This document shows, in pieces, positions 1-8,757 of a stretch of 64,000 nucleotides of DNA (positions are counted from its first letter, which is position 1; every line of letters starts with the position of its first letter). The stretch covers positions 24,802 to 88,801 of the forward strand of contig JBAQFA010000009.1 in assembly GCA_049287025.1 (NCBI GenBank), given 5' to 3'. Under the pieces are notes generated by a model. It was not told the DNA's origin. It saw nothing but the letters and a program-made list of their open reading frames with translations, and made no database searches. The translations under genes and the position numbers were made by a program. This DNA comes from Candidatus Magasanikiibacteriota bacterium (GTDB lineage Bacteria > Patescibacteriota > Patescibacteriia > Magasanikbacterales > UBA922).

Positions 1-1
1 T

Positions 2-226
2 ATTCATGTCCATGATGAAGAAACTGATGCGGAAATAAAAGTTATGGAAGCCATGTACGCTACCAACAAAGAATATTTGGACAAATTAAAACGCCCCGAA
101 GTCCGCGACACTATTGCCATGAGTTTACAAAATAGAAAAGTAATGGAATGGCTCACAGCCAAAGTAAAGGGTGAGGAAGTAGAGGAACACAAATGCGATC
201 ATGATCATAAACATGAAGACAAATAA
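2..226 (+). CDS. 3' end of a gene entering from upstream; C-terminal fragment, possibly trigger factor
   Basis: The frame is open from the window edge, in the same frame as ORF 44..226, and ends at a stop at 224-226. It has an acidic, His-rich tail. Resemblance to trigger-factor C-termini is weak. Confidence 0.35.
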   Translation: MHVHDEETDAEIKVMEAMYATNKEYLDKLKRPEVRDTIAMSLQNRKVMEWLTAKVKGEEVEEHKCDHDHKHEDK

Positions 227-361
227 ACACTTTAACAGAACAACACCAAAACACTCCTACAAAAGGGGTGTTTTTTTACTTCCAAGCCTGCTATAATTAA
301 AATACTGTCATTTGTCATTCCTGCGAAAGCAGAAATCCACAATCACTTACACAAAAAAATT

Positions 362-592
362 ATGAAAAAAATAACTGTAAAAATTACTCCTCGTTCCAGC
401 AAAAATGAAATTGGCGAAACCATGTCTGATGGCACTATAAAAATAAAATTAAAAGCTCCCCCAGTTGATGGCGAAGCTAATAAAGAATTAATAAAATTTC
501 TAAGTGCTGAATGGAAAATCCCCAAATCAAAAATAAAAATTGTTAAAGGCCAAACTAGTAGAAATAAAATAATTGAAATTGATAAAAACTAA
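362..592 (+). CDS. DUF167 (YggU-like) small protein
   Basis: 76 aa. The pattern ITVKITPRSSKNEI...IKIKLKAPPVDGEANKELIKFLS...VKGQTSRNK is typical of the DUF167/YggU family. Confidence 0.7.
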   Translation: MKKITVKITPRSSKNEIGETMSDGTIKIKLKAPPVDGEANKELIKFLSAEWKIPKSKIKIVKGQTSRNKIIEIDKN

Positions 593-722
593 AGTAATGA
601 AGTAATATAGTAAAAAAAATTTTGAGATTCTCTTTATTACTTCATTACTCTATTACTCTTTAATCAAAAATCCCAACAACTAGTCGGGATTATTTTTTTG
701 TTATCTGCTATCTGCACCATGA

Positions 723-1865
723 TTATTGACGAATAGGCATCACAATATACAAATACTCGTCTTTACCTTTGGGAGAAAACAAACATGGGGCGTCGCCACT
801 ATTTACTTTAAATTCTATCTCATCAGTTTCCATATGTTGGAGACCATCCAAAACATAGCGATGATTAAGTAAAATTGAATTTTCTTCGCCTTTTAGTTCA
901 ACATCAATTTCTGATGAGTGTTCACCAGTCTGAGTACTAGTAGATGAAACTCCGATTGTCCCCTCACCCACATTTAGATCAAATGAAACTGCGTTTACCC
1001 CCATAGTTGTAAAAAGACTAGCGGTTTTAATTTTATTTGTCATTTGGGCCACGGGAAAAACGGCTGTGGTTTTGAATTCACCAGGAATAATCTGGGCATA
1101 GTCTGGATATTTGCCATCAATCAATCGGGAAGTCATTTCAAAATCATCAAAGCGCAAAGCAATTTGATTTTCTGTGAGCCACAATCTTATTTTTGTTTCT
1201 CCACTCTTGGCTTTGGAAATTGTTATGAGTCTAATCATCTCATAAACTGTCCGAGCTGGTACAATAATTTTCATTTCATCACTTCCTTGTTCAATATTTA
1301 ATTTTTTTTCAGCCAAACGATAAGAATCAGTGGCTGCCATTACCAAACCTTTGTACCTATCAGCAAATAATCCAAAATAAACTCCAGCCAATTCTGGTCT
1401 GATTTCATTTTTGGCTGTGGCCACCACTACTTGACCCAAAGAATTTTTAAAATCTTCGGCATCCAAAACATAGGCATGTTGTTCTTCAATTTCTGGCATC
1501 ACTGGATATTCGTCAGCTGGTACGCCTTTTATTTTTGTGCTAGAAGAACCACAAGTAATTTTTATTTCATTTTCTACTAGTTCCATTTCTACTTGTTCGT
1601 CTGGCAAAAGATGAACAAAGTCAGTGAGAGTTTTGGCTGGCACCGTAAAACTGCCTGTATTTTCTACTTTGGCGCGCAAATTAACTTGAATGGCCATTTC
1701 CAAATTGGTTGTCATTAATTTTACTCCAGTGTCGTTTACCTGGATTAAAATATTTAACAAGATTGGTAAGTTAACTTGCTTACCCGCGACTCCACTAACC
1801 AAGTCTAGAGCATGTGATAAATTTTCTTTAGTACAAGTAAATTTCATATATTTGGACTTATGCAC
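723..1865 (-). CDS. dnaN: DNA polymerase III beta sliding clamp
   Basis: About 375-380 aa with three-domain clamp-like length. The N-terminus MKFTCTKENLSHAL..., its position next to dnaA, and the C-terminal MPIR motif fit DnaN. The true start may be the ATG at 1847 rather than the GTG at 1865. Confidence 0.95.
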   Translation of the reverse strand: MHKSKYMKFTCTKENLSHALDLVSGVAGKQVNLPILLNILIQVNDTGVKLMTTNLEMAIQVNLRAKVENTGSFTVPAKTLTDFVHLLPDEQVEMELVENEIKITCGSSSTKIKGVPADEYPVMPEIEEQHAYVLDAEDFKNSLGQVVVATAKNEIRPELAGVYFGLFADRYKGLVMAATDSYRLAEKKLNIEQGSDEMKIIVPARTVYEMIRLITISKAKSGETKIRLWLTENQIALRFDDFEMTSRLIDGKYPDYAQIIPGEFKTTAVFPVAQMTNKIKTASLFTTMGVNAVSFDLNVGEGTIGVSSTSTQTGEHSSEIDVELKGEENSILLNHRYVLDGLQHMETDEIEFKVNSGDAPCLFSPKGKDEYLYIVMPIRQ

Positions 1866-1941
1866 CTCACGTGCATTTTTTAAAATCCCCTCTGTTGTTT
1901 GTTATATATTTATATATTAAATTGATAATAGTAATAGGTGT

Positions 1942-2127
1942 TGTGGATAGTGTGCAAAAGTCGTTTTTTATTTTAGTTTTAGATAAATTTTGGTGTTAAT
2001 AATTTCTTAATAATTTTTTGTCTTCTTGTTGATAATTTTGGTTTTTATTTTTGCCCTGTTTATAACTCATTAATTATGAACAGTTTAAATTTTTATAATT
2101 ATATTCTTATCCCAAGCTTTATCCACC
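1942..2127. promoter_or_regulatory. DnaA-box-like 9-mers in the dnaA-dnaN intergenic region
   Basis: tgtggatag at 1942-1950 (reverse complement ctatccaca) and ttatccacc at 2119-2127 each match 8 of 9 positions of TTATCCACA. The spacer is very AT-rich. Confidence 0.45.
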
Positions 2128-2144
2128 GTATTTGCAATTCTAGT

Positions 2145-3527
2145 TTAGATATTATCTACGTATAATCTTTGTTTGATCGCTTCAATTTCTTGTTTTAGTT
2201 TGGCGTCATTTTCAATCTCGGTTTTTATTTTGGTATGAGCGTGCATGGCTGTAGTGTGGTCGCGTCCGCCGAGTTCATTACCAATCGCCGGGTAAGACAT
2301 TTTTAATTCTTCACGTAGTAAGAACATAATAATTTGTCTGGGATTGGAAAGTCTTTTTTCTCGGCTCTTACCAGCAATATCATCAATCGCCACGTCATAA
2401 AATTCTGATACCACACTAGTTAACTCTTTTGGAGTAAGAGAGCGTTTCATACTTTGCGCTTCAAAACTTGATAAGACAGATTTTACGCTTTCTTTAGTTG
2501 GTTCAGTATTTTTTAATTCATGAAAAGCAATAATTTTATTTAGCGCGCCTTCTAGTTCCCGGATATTACTTTGGACAGTGGCCGCGATTAAATTTATCAG
2601 TTCATCGGACAAATTATATTTTTTCTCCTGAGCTTTTGATTTCAAAATGGCTGATCTCGTTTCCAAATCTGGCGCTGCGATATCTGCAATCATCCCCCAT
2701 TCAAATCTAGAGCGTAAACGATCTTCCAAAGCTGGGATGGCTTTTGGTGGGCGATCAGAAGTAAGCACGACTTGTTTGCCTTGTTGATGTAGTTCGTTGA
2801 AAGTGTGAAAAAATTCCTCCTGAGTTTGTTCTTTGCCACCAATGAATTGAATGTCGTCAATCAAGAGTAAATCAACATTGCGATAGCGATCTTTAAATTC
2901 TTTGGCTCGGCCTTCTTTTACTGAAGTGACAAATTCATTAGTAAATTTTTCTGAAGAAACATAGAGAATTTTTGTTTGCGGATTATTTTCTAGCATTTTG
3001 TGGCCAATCGCTTGCAGAAGATGAGTCTTGCCTAATCCGACCCCACCATAGATAAATAATGGGTTGTAGGCTTCTCCTGGTCGGTTAGCAGAGGCTTGGG
3101 CAGCAGCATGAGCGAGTTCATTGCCCTTACCAACAATAAAAGTGTCAAAAGTATATTTTATATTTAGACCAAATTTACTACCCAAAGATTGATTTTTTGG
3201 CGCCGAATAAATTGGCGTGGCTGCACTAGATACATTTGGTTCAGTGGACATGGTACATTCTTTTTCTTCAATCAATTTGGAATTTTCTACTTTATATTCT
3301 ACTTTTTTTACTGGCTTACCTGTCACTCGTTCCAAAATTTTTATAATTTCTGGATGATATTTTTTTTCCAGCCAGCTCTTGGTAAAAGTATTAGGCACAC
3401 AAATAATTACCTGACCAACTTCATATTGGCCAATACCAGTATTGCGGAACCAAGTAGTAAAATTAGCTTTGGAAACTTTTAATTCAAATTCAGCGAGAAC
3501 AGCTTGCCAGATTTCGTGATTTGTCAT
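2145..3527 (-). CDS. dnaA: Chromosomal replication initiator DnaA
   Basis: 460 aa with Walker A GGVGLGKTHL and Walker B LLLIDDIQF. The C-terminal DNA-binding helix-turn-helix region contains GGRDHTTAMHA. Confidence 0.97.
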   Translation of the reverse strand: MTNHEIWQAVLAEFELKVSKANFTTWFRNTGIGQYEVGQVIICVPNTFTKSWLEKKYHPEIIKILERVTGKPVKKVEYKVENSKLIEEKECTMSTEPNVSSAATPIYSAPKNQSLGSKFGLNIKYTFDTFIVGKGNELAHAAAQASANRPGEAYNPLFIYGGVGLGKTHLLQAIGHKMLENNPQTKILYVSSEKFTNEFVTSVKEGRAKEFKDRYRNVDLLLIDDIQFIGGKEQTQEEFFHTFNELHQQGKQVVLTSDRPPKAIPALEDRLRSRFEWGMIADIAAPDLETRSAILKSKAQEKKYNLSDELINLIAATVQSNIRELEGALNKIIAFHELKNTEPTKESVKSVLSSFEAQSMKRSLTPKELTSVVSEFYDVAIDDIAGKSREKRLSNPRQIIMFLLREELKMSYPAIGNELGGRDHTTAMHAHTKIKTEIENDAKLKQEIEAIKQRLYVDNI

Positions 3528-3828
3528 AATTAGAATGATGCTAATATACGAATTGTACTAATGATACTAATAATAATTTGTATAGCATCGGTATAATTCG
3601 TATGAATTAGTATATTAGAATCGCATTATTTTTTAAAGTGAACCTATTTTAGCACATAATTATTTATTAAAAAATGGCTTAAAAAAGGCAAAAAGTGTAC
3701 ATAATGGGGACAAGCTGTGGATTGTGGGGATAAGTCATATTTGGGTGGTATGAATTGGAAGTATCTTTCTCTTGACAAAATTCCTCAAATCAATTATAAT
3801 CCTCTCACTAATTATAAATAATAATTTT
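3528..3828. other. Putative oriC / dnaA promoter region
   Basis: This AT-rich, non-coding stretch lies upstream of dnaA. It holds the DnaA-box-like sites tgtggattg (3716-3724) and gtggggataa (3724-3733). The classical rpmH/dnaA divergent arrangement is present. Confidence 0.5.
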
Positions 3829-4005
3829 ATGCCAAAAAGAACTTACCAACCAAAGAAACGTAAGAGAGCCAAATGTCATGGTTTTTTGTCTCGCATGGAA
3901 ACTAGCAATGGTAGAAATGTATTAAAGAGACGTAGAGACAAAGGCAGAAAAAAATTGACTGTTAGCGATGAGAAAAAAGGCAAGAGAACTAGAAAGACTC
4001 GCTAA
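3829..4005 (+). CDS. rpmH: 50S ribosomal protein L34
   Basis: [23 protein letters not shown] is the canonical L34 N-terminus. I place the start at the internal ATG 3829 of ORF 3772..4005. The protein has an unusually long basic C-terminal tail. Confidence 0.9.
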   Translation: MPKRTYQPKKRKRAKCHGFLSRMETSNGRNVLKRRRDKGRKKLTVSDEKKGKRTRKTR

Positions 4006-4028
4006 AATTAGCCAAAAATATTAATAAA

Positions 4029-4052
4029 GGCCTCGTACGTTCGAGGCTTTTG
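4029..4052 (+). terminator. Intrinsic terminator after rpmH
   Basis: The stem gcctcg/cgaggc (4030-4035 and 4042-4047) is followed by a T-run. Confidence 0.7.
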
Positions 4053-4071
4053 TGTTATACTTTAACTATAC

Positions 4072-4140
4072 GGATATCCAGATAATCCAGATTTGCAGAT
4101 ACTGCGATCCGTCAATCTGGATTATCAGTATATCTGGATA
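4072..4140. repeat. Imperfect inverted repeat upstream of rnpA
   Basis: ggatatccagataatccagatt (4072-4093) faces aatctggattatcagtatatctggata (4114-4140). It may be an operator or an RNA hairpin. Confidence 0.5.
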
Positions 4141-4157
4141 GTAAAATCGCCCAAAAT

Positions 4158-4535
4158 ATGCTAAAACCAAATAACAGACTAACAAAAATGAAAGATTTTG
4201 AGATTCTCTTTAAAGAGGGTAAGTTTGTTAATGGCACTTTATCATCATTAAAGATTTGGAAAATTGAGCCAGAAAAGTATCCTAGACGTAAATACACCCA
4301 AGATGAATTAAGAATCGGTTTTGTGGTTAGTATTAAAATTAGTAAAAAAGCCGTAGACAGAAACAGAATCAAACGGCAAATGAGAGAAGTTGTCCGTCTT
4401 TTAATTAAGGATAATAAGATAAAATCCGGTTTTCATCTGGCTTTTATTACCAAACCAGAGGTCTTGGGTAAAGAATATAAGGAAATTGAAGACGATATTA
4501 TTAAATTATTACGCCGAGCTGATATAATGTTATGA
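4158..4535 (+). CDS. rnpA: Ribonuclease P protein component
   Basis: 125 aa and basic. It sits in the conserved rpmH-rnpA-yidD order. The N-terminal L.K..RL.K..DF pattern and the IKRQMRE motif are present. Confidence 0.85.
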   Translation: MLKPNNRLTKMKDFEILFKEGKFVNGTLSSLKIWKIEPEKYPRRKYTQDELRIGFVVSIKISKKAVDRNRIKRQMREVVRLLIKDNKIKSGFHLAFITKPEVLGKEYKEIEDDIIKLLRRADIML

Positions 4536-4795
4536 AAAATTTAGTCTACAAAATAATTTATATTTTTAGATTACCATTTCTTTGGTTGATTCGTTTGTAT
4601 CAGAAAACATTTTCACCAGATCATGGACCTTTAAAACATTTTTATCCGCATGGTTATTGTAAGTATTATCCCACCTGTAGTCAGTATGGGTATGAAGTAA
4701 TAAAGAAACGTGGAATTATAGTTGGCGGTTTAAAAACAATATGGCGGATATTGCGATGTAATCCGTGGTCAAAGGGTGGAGTTGATTTACCTTAA
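4532..4795 (+). CDS. yidD: Membrane protein insertion efficiency factor YidD
   Basis: YQKTFSP...[19 protein letters not shown]...[12 protein letters not shown] is the YidD signature. The start overlaps the rnpA stop. Confidence 0.9.
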   Translation: MKNLVYKIIYIFRLPFLWLIRLYQKTFSPDHGPLKHFYPHGYCKYYPTCSQYGYEVIKKRGIIVGGLKTIWRILRCNPWSKGGVDLP

Positions 4796-4820
4796 AAATG
4801 TACAGACTATTCTATACAAC

Positions 4821-4862
4821 TGTGGATAACTCTGGGGATAGAGTAACCAAAAAGTGGATAAC
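4821..4862. promoter_or_regulatory. DnaA boxes downstream of yidD
   Basis: There is a perfect box tgtggataa (4821-4829, reverse complement TTATCCACA). There is also gtggataac (4854-4862, the 8/9 box agtggataa at 4853-4861) and ggggatag in between. Confidence 0.5.
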
Positions 4863-4970
4863 ATTAGGTTTGAAAGCCTAATTTTTTATTTGTATAGGCT
4901 ACTCTATACATACTTATGCACAATTAAAATGGCTTATTTTAGCTAAATTTTGCTTATTTTAGCTAAACTA

Positions 4971-4999
4971 TTGACAAAAGTGGTATTTTATGCTATACT
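4971..4999 (+). promoter_or_regulatory. Sigma70-like promoter with extended -10
   Basis: TTGACA (4971-4976), a 17-nt spacer, then tgcTATACT (-10 at 4994-4999, TG at 4991-4992). No ORF lies downstream. Confidence 0.5.
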
Positions 5000-5005
5000 A
5001 TATTC

Positions 5006-5400
5006 AGTTCCTTCAAAATATAGATATGTTCGATTCGACTTTGTCGAATGGAGCATGTTTCCATCCACTGCTTTTTTACTAGGCTAACTCTTATGAATTT
5101 GTATAAAGTAATCTATACAAATTCCTTAAAACAAAAACAAAAGTTAAAAATGAGAGTAAAAGCTAGCCTAGACAGGTGACTCCCACCTTTCATGCATCAA
5201 GGGCTTCACAGCCACACTTGATGTCGGGAGCAAACACCGCCGAGTGGTGGAGGGAATTATACCGTCCCAGTATGACGGCTTGCCTAATCGGGCGTTCTAA
5301 GAGCTTAAAAATTTGAGATCTTGGATTGCCCGAGTGGCGCGTTTCTGGGATTTAAAGGTGGCACGCCACAAAATCACCGGGGCGATTGACCACCTTTTTT
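5006..5400 (+). ncRNA. Candidate structured non-coding RNA of unknown class
   Basis: This is a promoter-to-terminator unit with no ORF. The 3' half (about 5160-5400) is locally GC-rich, with hairpins accgtc/gacggt (5261-5278) and gtgg/ccac. The closing stem aaaggtgg...ccaccttt is followed by a T-run at 5394-5401. Confidence 0.35.
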
Positions 5401-5560
5401 TATTGCAAAAATACAGACTTACAAATAATCCGACTTAACGGGTGCCAAGCCATATGGATTGGGTTGAGTATTTAAATGTTGACTTTTAATTAACATATGA
5501 TATAATGACGTTCTTATAAATATGTGGTAAAATAAAAGCATATTTTGATTAAATACATAT

Positions 5561-5947
5561 ATGACCAAGACTAAATTTACAAAGACTTTTTTGGATGAAA
5601 TAAAGAAAAATTTATTAGAAGAGAAAATTCATCTGGAATCAGAATTAGAAAAATTTGCCAAGAAAAATTCTCATGCTGAGAATGATTATGATACCACTTT
5701 TCCAGAGTACGGTGATGAAGAGGATGAAAATGCTCGCGAAGTAGCTGATTATACGGCCAATAAACCACTAGAAATTTCTTTGGAAAATACTTTGCGTGAT
5801 GTGGTCAAATCTTTAAAAAGATTGGAAGATAATACTTATGGTTTTTGTAAGTATTGTGATAATCCAATTGAAGAAAAAAGATTATTGGCTCGTCCGACTT
5901 CTAGCGCGTGTGTAAGTTGTAAAAAAACACTAACACAAGAGGCTTAA
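5561..5947 (+). CDS. DksA/TraR-family C4 zinc-finger protein
   Basis: 128 aa with a coiled-coil N-terminus. The C-terminal zinc finger reads CKYCDNPI...ACVSCKK. A TTGACT / TGaTATAAT promoter lies at 5479-5506. Confidence 0.8.
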   Translation: MTKTKFTKTFLDEIKKNLLEEKIHLESELEKFAKKNSHAENDYDTTFPEYGDEEDENAREVADYTANKPLEISLENTLRDVVKSLKRLEDNTYGFCKYCDNPIEEKRLLARPTSSACVSCKKTLTQEA

Positions 5948-5997
5948 AGTAATCACGAATGCCATACGAATTAAACTAATTAATCACGAATTGTGAT

Positions 5998-6471
5998 TTG
6001 TATATGAAAAATAAAATCCACCTAACAATTTATATTGTAATCGGTGGATTTTTTTTATTGTTGGATCAGTTGTTAAAATATTTGGCGCGGACTAATTCTG
6101 ATTTTAGTTTTTATCTTTGGAAAAATTGGTTGGGCTGGGAATATTTCCCCAATCCTGGCATTGCTTTTTCTTTACCCGTACCAAATTGGTTAGTAGTTAT
6201 TTTTACGCCAATAATTTTATTAGGATTATTTATTTGGATAAGACGAACACATAACACATATCACATATCACATATCACAAGACAGTTATCACTATTTTTT
6301 ATTATTGCTGGGGCGGTTTCAAATTACATTGATCGCGTATTATTCGGTGTCACTATAGATTATATTCGTATTCTTACTGGGGTAATAAATTTGGCGGATG
6401 TGATGATTGTGGTGGGGGTAGGGTTGTTATTGTTGGATGAAAGATTGAAGAAAATTAATATTAAACTTTAA
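5998..6471 (+). CDS. lspA: Lipoprotein signal peptidase (signal peptidase II)
   Basis: It has four TM segments and the motifs NPGIAFS and IDYI...NLADVMI. The start is probably the ATG at 6004. Confidence 0.85.
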   Translation: MYMKNKIHLTIYIVIGGFFLLLDQLLKYLARTNSDFSFYLWKNWLGWEYFPNPGIAFSLPVPNWLVVIFTPIILLGLFIWIRRTHNTYHISHITRQLSLFFIIAGAVSNYIDRVLFGVTIDYIRILTGVINLADVMIVVGVGLLLLDERLKKINIKL

Positions 6472-6475
6472 TTAT

Positions 6476-7015
6476 ATGATAGAAAATAGTAAATTATTTT
6501 TTTTGATTTTAATTCTGTTTTTAGTTGGGGTTGGCTGCGTAAGTGTTCAGCAGAATACAATAGGTGAAGGTTCTGGTGGTAAAATGGATAACGAGATTGC
6601 AGAGACTAATGCACAGCTAGGAGGAAAAGAAGAGAGTGTTTCTTCTCTTCAAGATTATTCGTATGGTTGTAAAAAACGTTTAGGTGATAATAGTCATATG
6701 AATGAACAAACAGGAAAATGTGAGTGTGATGATGGACATGTCTTCAGTATCGAAGAACCTATTAAGTGTATATCAGCGAATGATTATTGCATATTTTTGA
6801 AAGGAAAGAATTCTATTTCTAATCTAAATGGAGAAAAATATGATTGTATGTGTAAGGATGGTTATAAGATAGATTTAAGTTTGTCACCGAAGTGTATTAT
6901 AGACTGTTCCCCAATAAATGGTGTGATTGCCACAGAAGATTTGTGTGCTTGTCCTAATAATTATGACTATGACTATGGTGTAAGCAAATGTATGCCGATT
7001 GATGATTTAAAATAG
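6476..7015 (+). CDS. Cys-rich secreted lipoprotein, function unknown
   Basis: It has a signal peptide with the lipobox LVGVGC and repeated CxC / C...C spacing. I recognise no family. Confidence 0.55.
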   Translation: MIENSKLFFLILILFLVGVGCVSVQQNTIGEGSGGKMDNEIAETNAQLGGKEESVSSLQDYSYGCKKRLGDNSHMNEQTGKCECDDGHVFSIEEPIKCISANDYCIFLKGKNSISNLNGEKYDCMCKDGYKIDLSLSPKCIIDCSPINGVIATEDLCACPNNYDYDYGVSKCMPIDDLK

Positions 7016-7040
7016 GTTAATTGAGAAATTAAAAAATAAA

Positions 7041-7065
7041 ATCACCTAGGTTCAGGTGATTTTTG
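7041..7065 (+). terminator. Intrinsic terminator
   Basis: The stem atcacct/aggtgat is followed by tttt. Confidence 0.7.
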
Positions 7066-7155
7066 TTATCTGATATCTGCACAATGTGGTATAATAAATG
7101 TAATTTTTAATGTGGGCGAACGCAACTTGAAAAGGGATTCTTCGCTTCGCTCAGA

Positions 7156-8688
7156 ATGACAGACGATATGTTTACCAAAATAAATTCCGCGGCCACTCTG
7201 GGTTTGGAATGTGAACCAATAATTGTTGAAACAGATATTTCCCCGACTTTTCAAGGTTTCCAGATTATTGGGTTACCTGATATGGCGATCCAGGAAGCTA
7301 AAGAAAGAATTAGAACAGTATGGCGAAACAGTGGTCTTACTTTTCCCAATGGCCATCGCATTTTAGTTAATTTGGCGCCAGCGGATGTTCGCAAAGAAGG
7401 CTCGGCGTTTGATTTACCCATTGCCGTGGGTATGTTTACAGCCAAAGAAGGATTAGAAATAAATTTATCTGATTGTCTTTTTATTGGGGAATTGGCTCTA
7501 GATGGGAGTCTGCGTCATACCAATGGAATACTTCCTTTAGCAATTCACGCCAAAGATCGGGGTTATAAAAAAATCTTTGTGCCAGCGGTGAATGCGCGTG
7601 AAGCATCTCTCATAAAAGAAATTGAAGTTTATCCGGTAGAAAATTTTCAACAAATGATTGCGCATTTATTAGGTAATGAATTGATAATTAAACAAGAACC
7701 ACAACCTTTGACTGATTTATTTGTAGTTAGAGAAATAGAAATGGATATGGCTTATATCAAAGGCCAGGAATTTGCCAAGCGCGCTTTGGAAGTGGCCGCG
7801 AGTGGAGCACACAATATTTTATTAAATGGTCCGCCAGGGTCAGGCAAAACTTTATTGGCTAGAAGTTTACCATCAATTTTACCGCCCATGACAGAAGAGG
7901 AAGCCATTGAAGTGACCAAGATTTATTCGGTAGCGGGATTGTTGCCCCATGATCAGCCATTAATTACTGAACGGCCGTTTCGTTCACCGCATCATAGTGC
8001 GAGCGCCATGTCTCTGGTTGGTGGAGGAAAATTTCCTCGGCCAGGAGAAATTTCTTTGGCTCACCGCGGAGTTTTATTTCTTGATGAGTTTACCGAGTTT
8101 CCTAGAATTGTTTTGGAAAATTTACGCCAGCCGTTAGAAGATGGTTTTGTGACCATTGCTCGCGTGCAAAGTACGATTTCTTATCCCGCGCAATTTACTT
8201 TGGTGGCCTCACAAAATCCTTGTCCATGTGGTTATGCCACAGATCCAGATAAGCGGTGTATATGTAGCCCAATGCAAGTAGCCAATTATCAAAAGAAAAT
8301 TAGTGGGCCAATGCTTGATCGAATTGATCTTCATGTAGAAGTACCGCGCGTGGAATTTGAAAAGTTATCCAAAGATAGTTTAGCCGAGTCTTCGGCAGAA
8401 ATTCGCCTGCGAGTAGAAGAAGCCCGTGATCGACAAACTGTAAGGTTTAAAAATTGTTCAGCCAAGACAAATAGTGAAATGAAAAATAAAGAAATAAAAG
8501 AATTTTGTAAATTGGATGAACAATCACTTGATTTATTGCGTCAAGCAGTTCAGCATATGCATTTGTCAGCGCGGAGTTATCATCGGATTTTAAAATTAGC
8601 GCGAACGATTGCTGACCTGTCTAAAAGTGATAATATTTTACAAACGCATGTGGCCGAGGCTCTGCAATATCGGGCAAAAGTTGATTGA
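7156..8688 (+). CDS. comM: YifB/ComM-family Mg-chelatase-like AAA+ protein
   Basis: 510 aa with an N-terminal Lon-protease-like domain. Walker A is GPPGSGKT and Walker B is VLFLDEF. The C-terminal Mg-chelatase subunit ChlI-like region is present. The real start may be the ATG at 7168. Confidence 0.9.
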   Translation: MTDDMFTKINSAATLGLECEPIIVETDISPTFQGFQIIGLPDMAIQEAKERIRTVWRNSGLTFPNGHRILVNLAPADVRKEGSAFDLPIAVGMFTAKEGLEINLSDCLFIGELALDGSLRHTNGILPLAIHAKDRGYKKIFVPAVNAREASLIKEIEVYPVENFQQMIAHLLGNELIIKQEPQPLTDLFVVREIEMDMAYIKGQEFAKRALEVAASGAHNILLNGPPGSGKTLLARSLPSILPPMTEEEAIEVTKIYSVAGLLPHDQPLITERPFRSPHHSASAMSLVGGGKFPRPGEISLAHRGVLFLDEFTEFPRIVLENLRQPLEDGFVTIARVQSTISYPAQFTLVASQNPCPCGYATDPDKRCICSPMQVANYQKKISGPMLDRIDLHVEVPRVEFEKLSKDSLAESSAEIRLRVEEARDRQTVRFKNCSAKTNSEMKNKEIKEFCKLDEQSLDLLRQAVQHMHLSARSYHRILKLARTIADLSKSDNILQTHVAEALQYRAKVD

Positions 8689-8757
8689 CACATATCATGA
8701 ATCACATAACACATAACAAAAACACCAACTTGTCAGTTGGTGTTTGTTTGTAAATTA

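Noticed and set aside
4931-4968. The tandem gcttattttagctaaa repeat and the related gctaaaataagc at 48783-48794 interpreted as a regulator binding motif.
   Set aside because: There are only three occurrences of a low-complexity AT-rich word. That is insufficient to distinguish it from chance.
5006-5400. Calling the ORF-free unit RNase P RNA, tmRNA, 6S or SRP RNA.
   Set aside because: I could not find the universal RNase P CR-I motif (GAGGAAAGTCC). I also found no tRNA-like T-arm with CCA end and no tag-peptide frame typical of tmRNA. The SRP GNRA/AGCA helix-8 motif is also absent. The class is left open.
7066-7254. The 62-aa minus-strand ORF (…CHSERSEESLF…), together with ORF 40668..40901 +.
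   Set aside because: Both are translations of the dispersed hairpin repeat. They overlap the comM start and the polA 3' end respectively.
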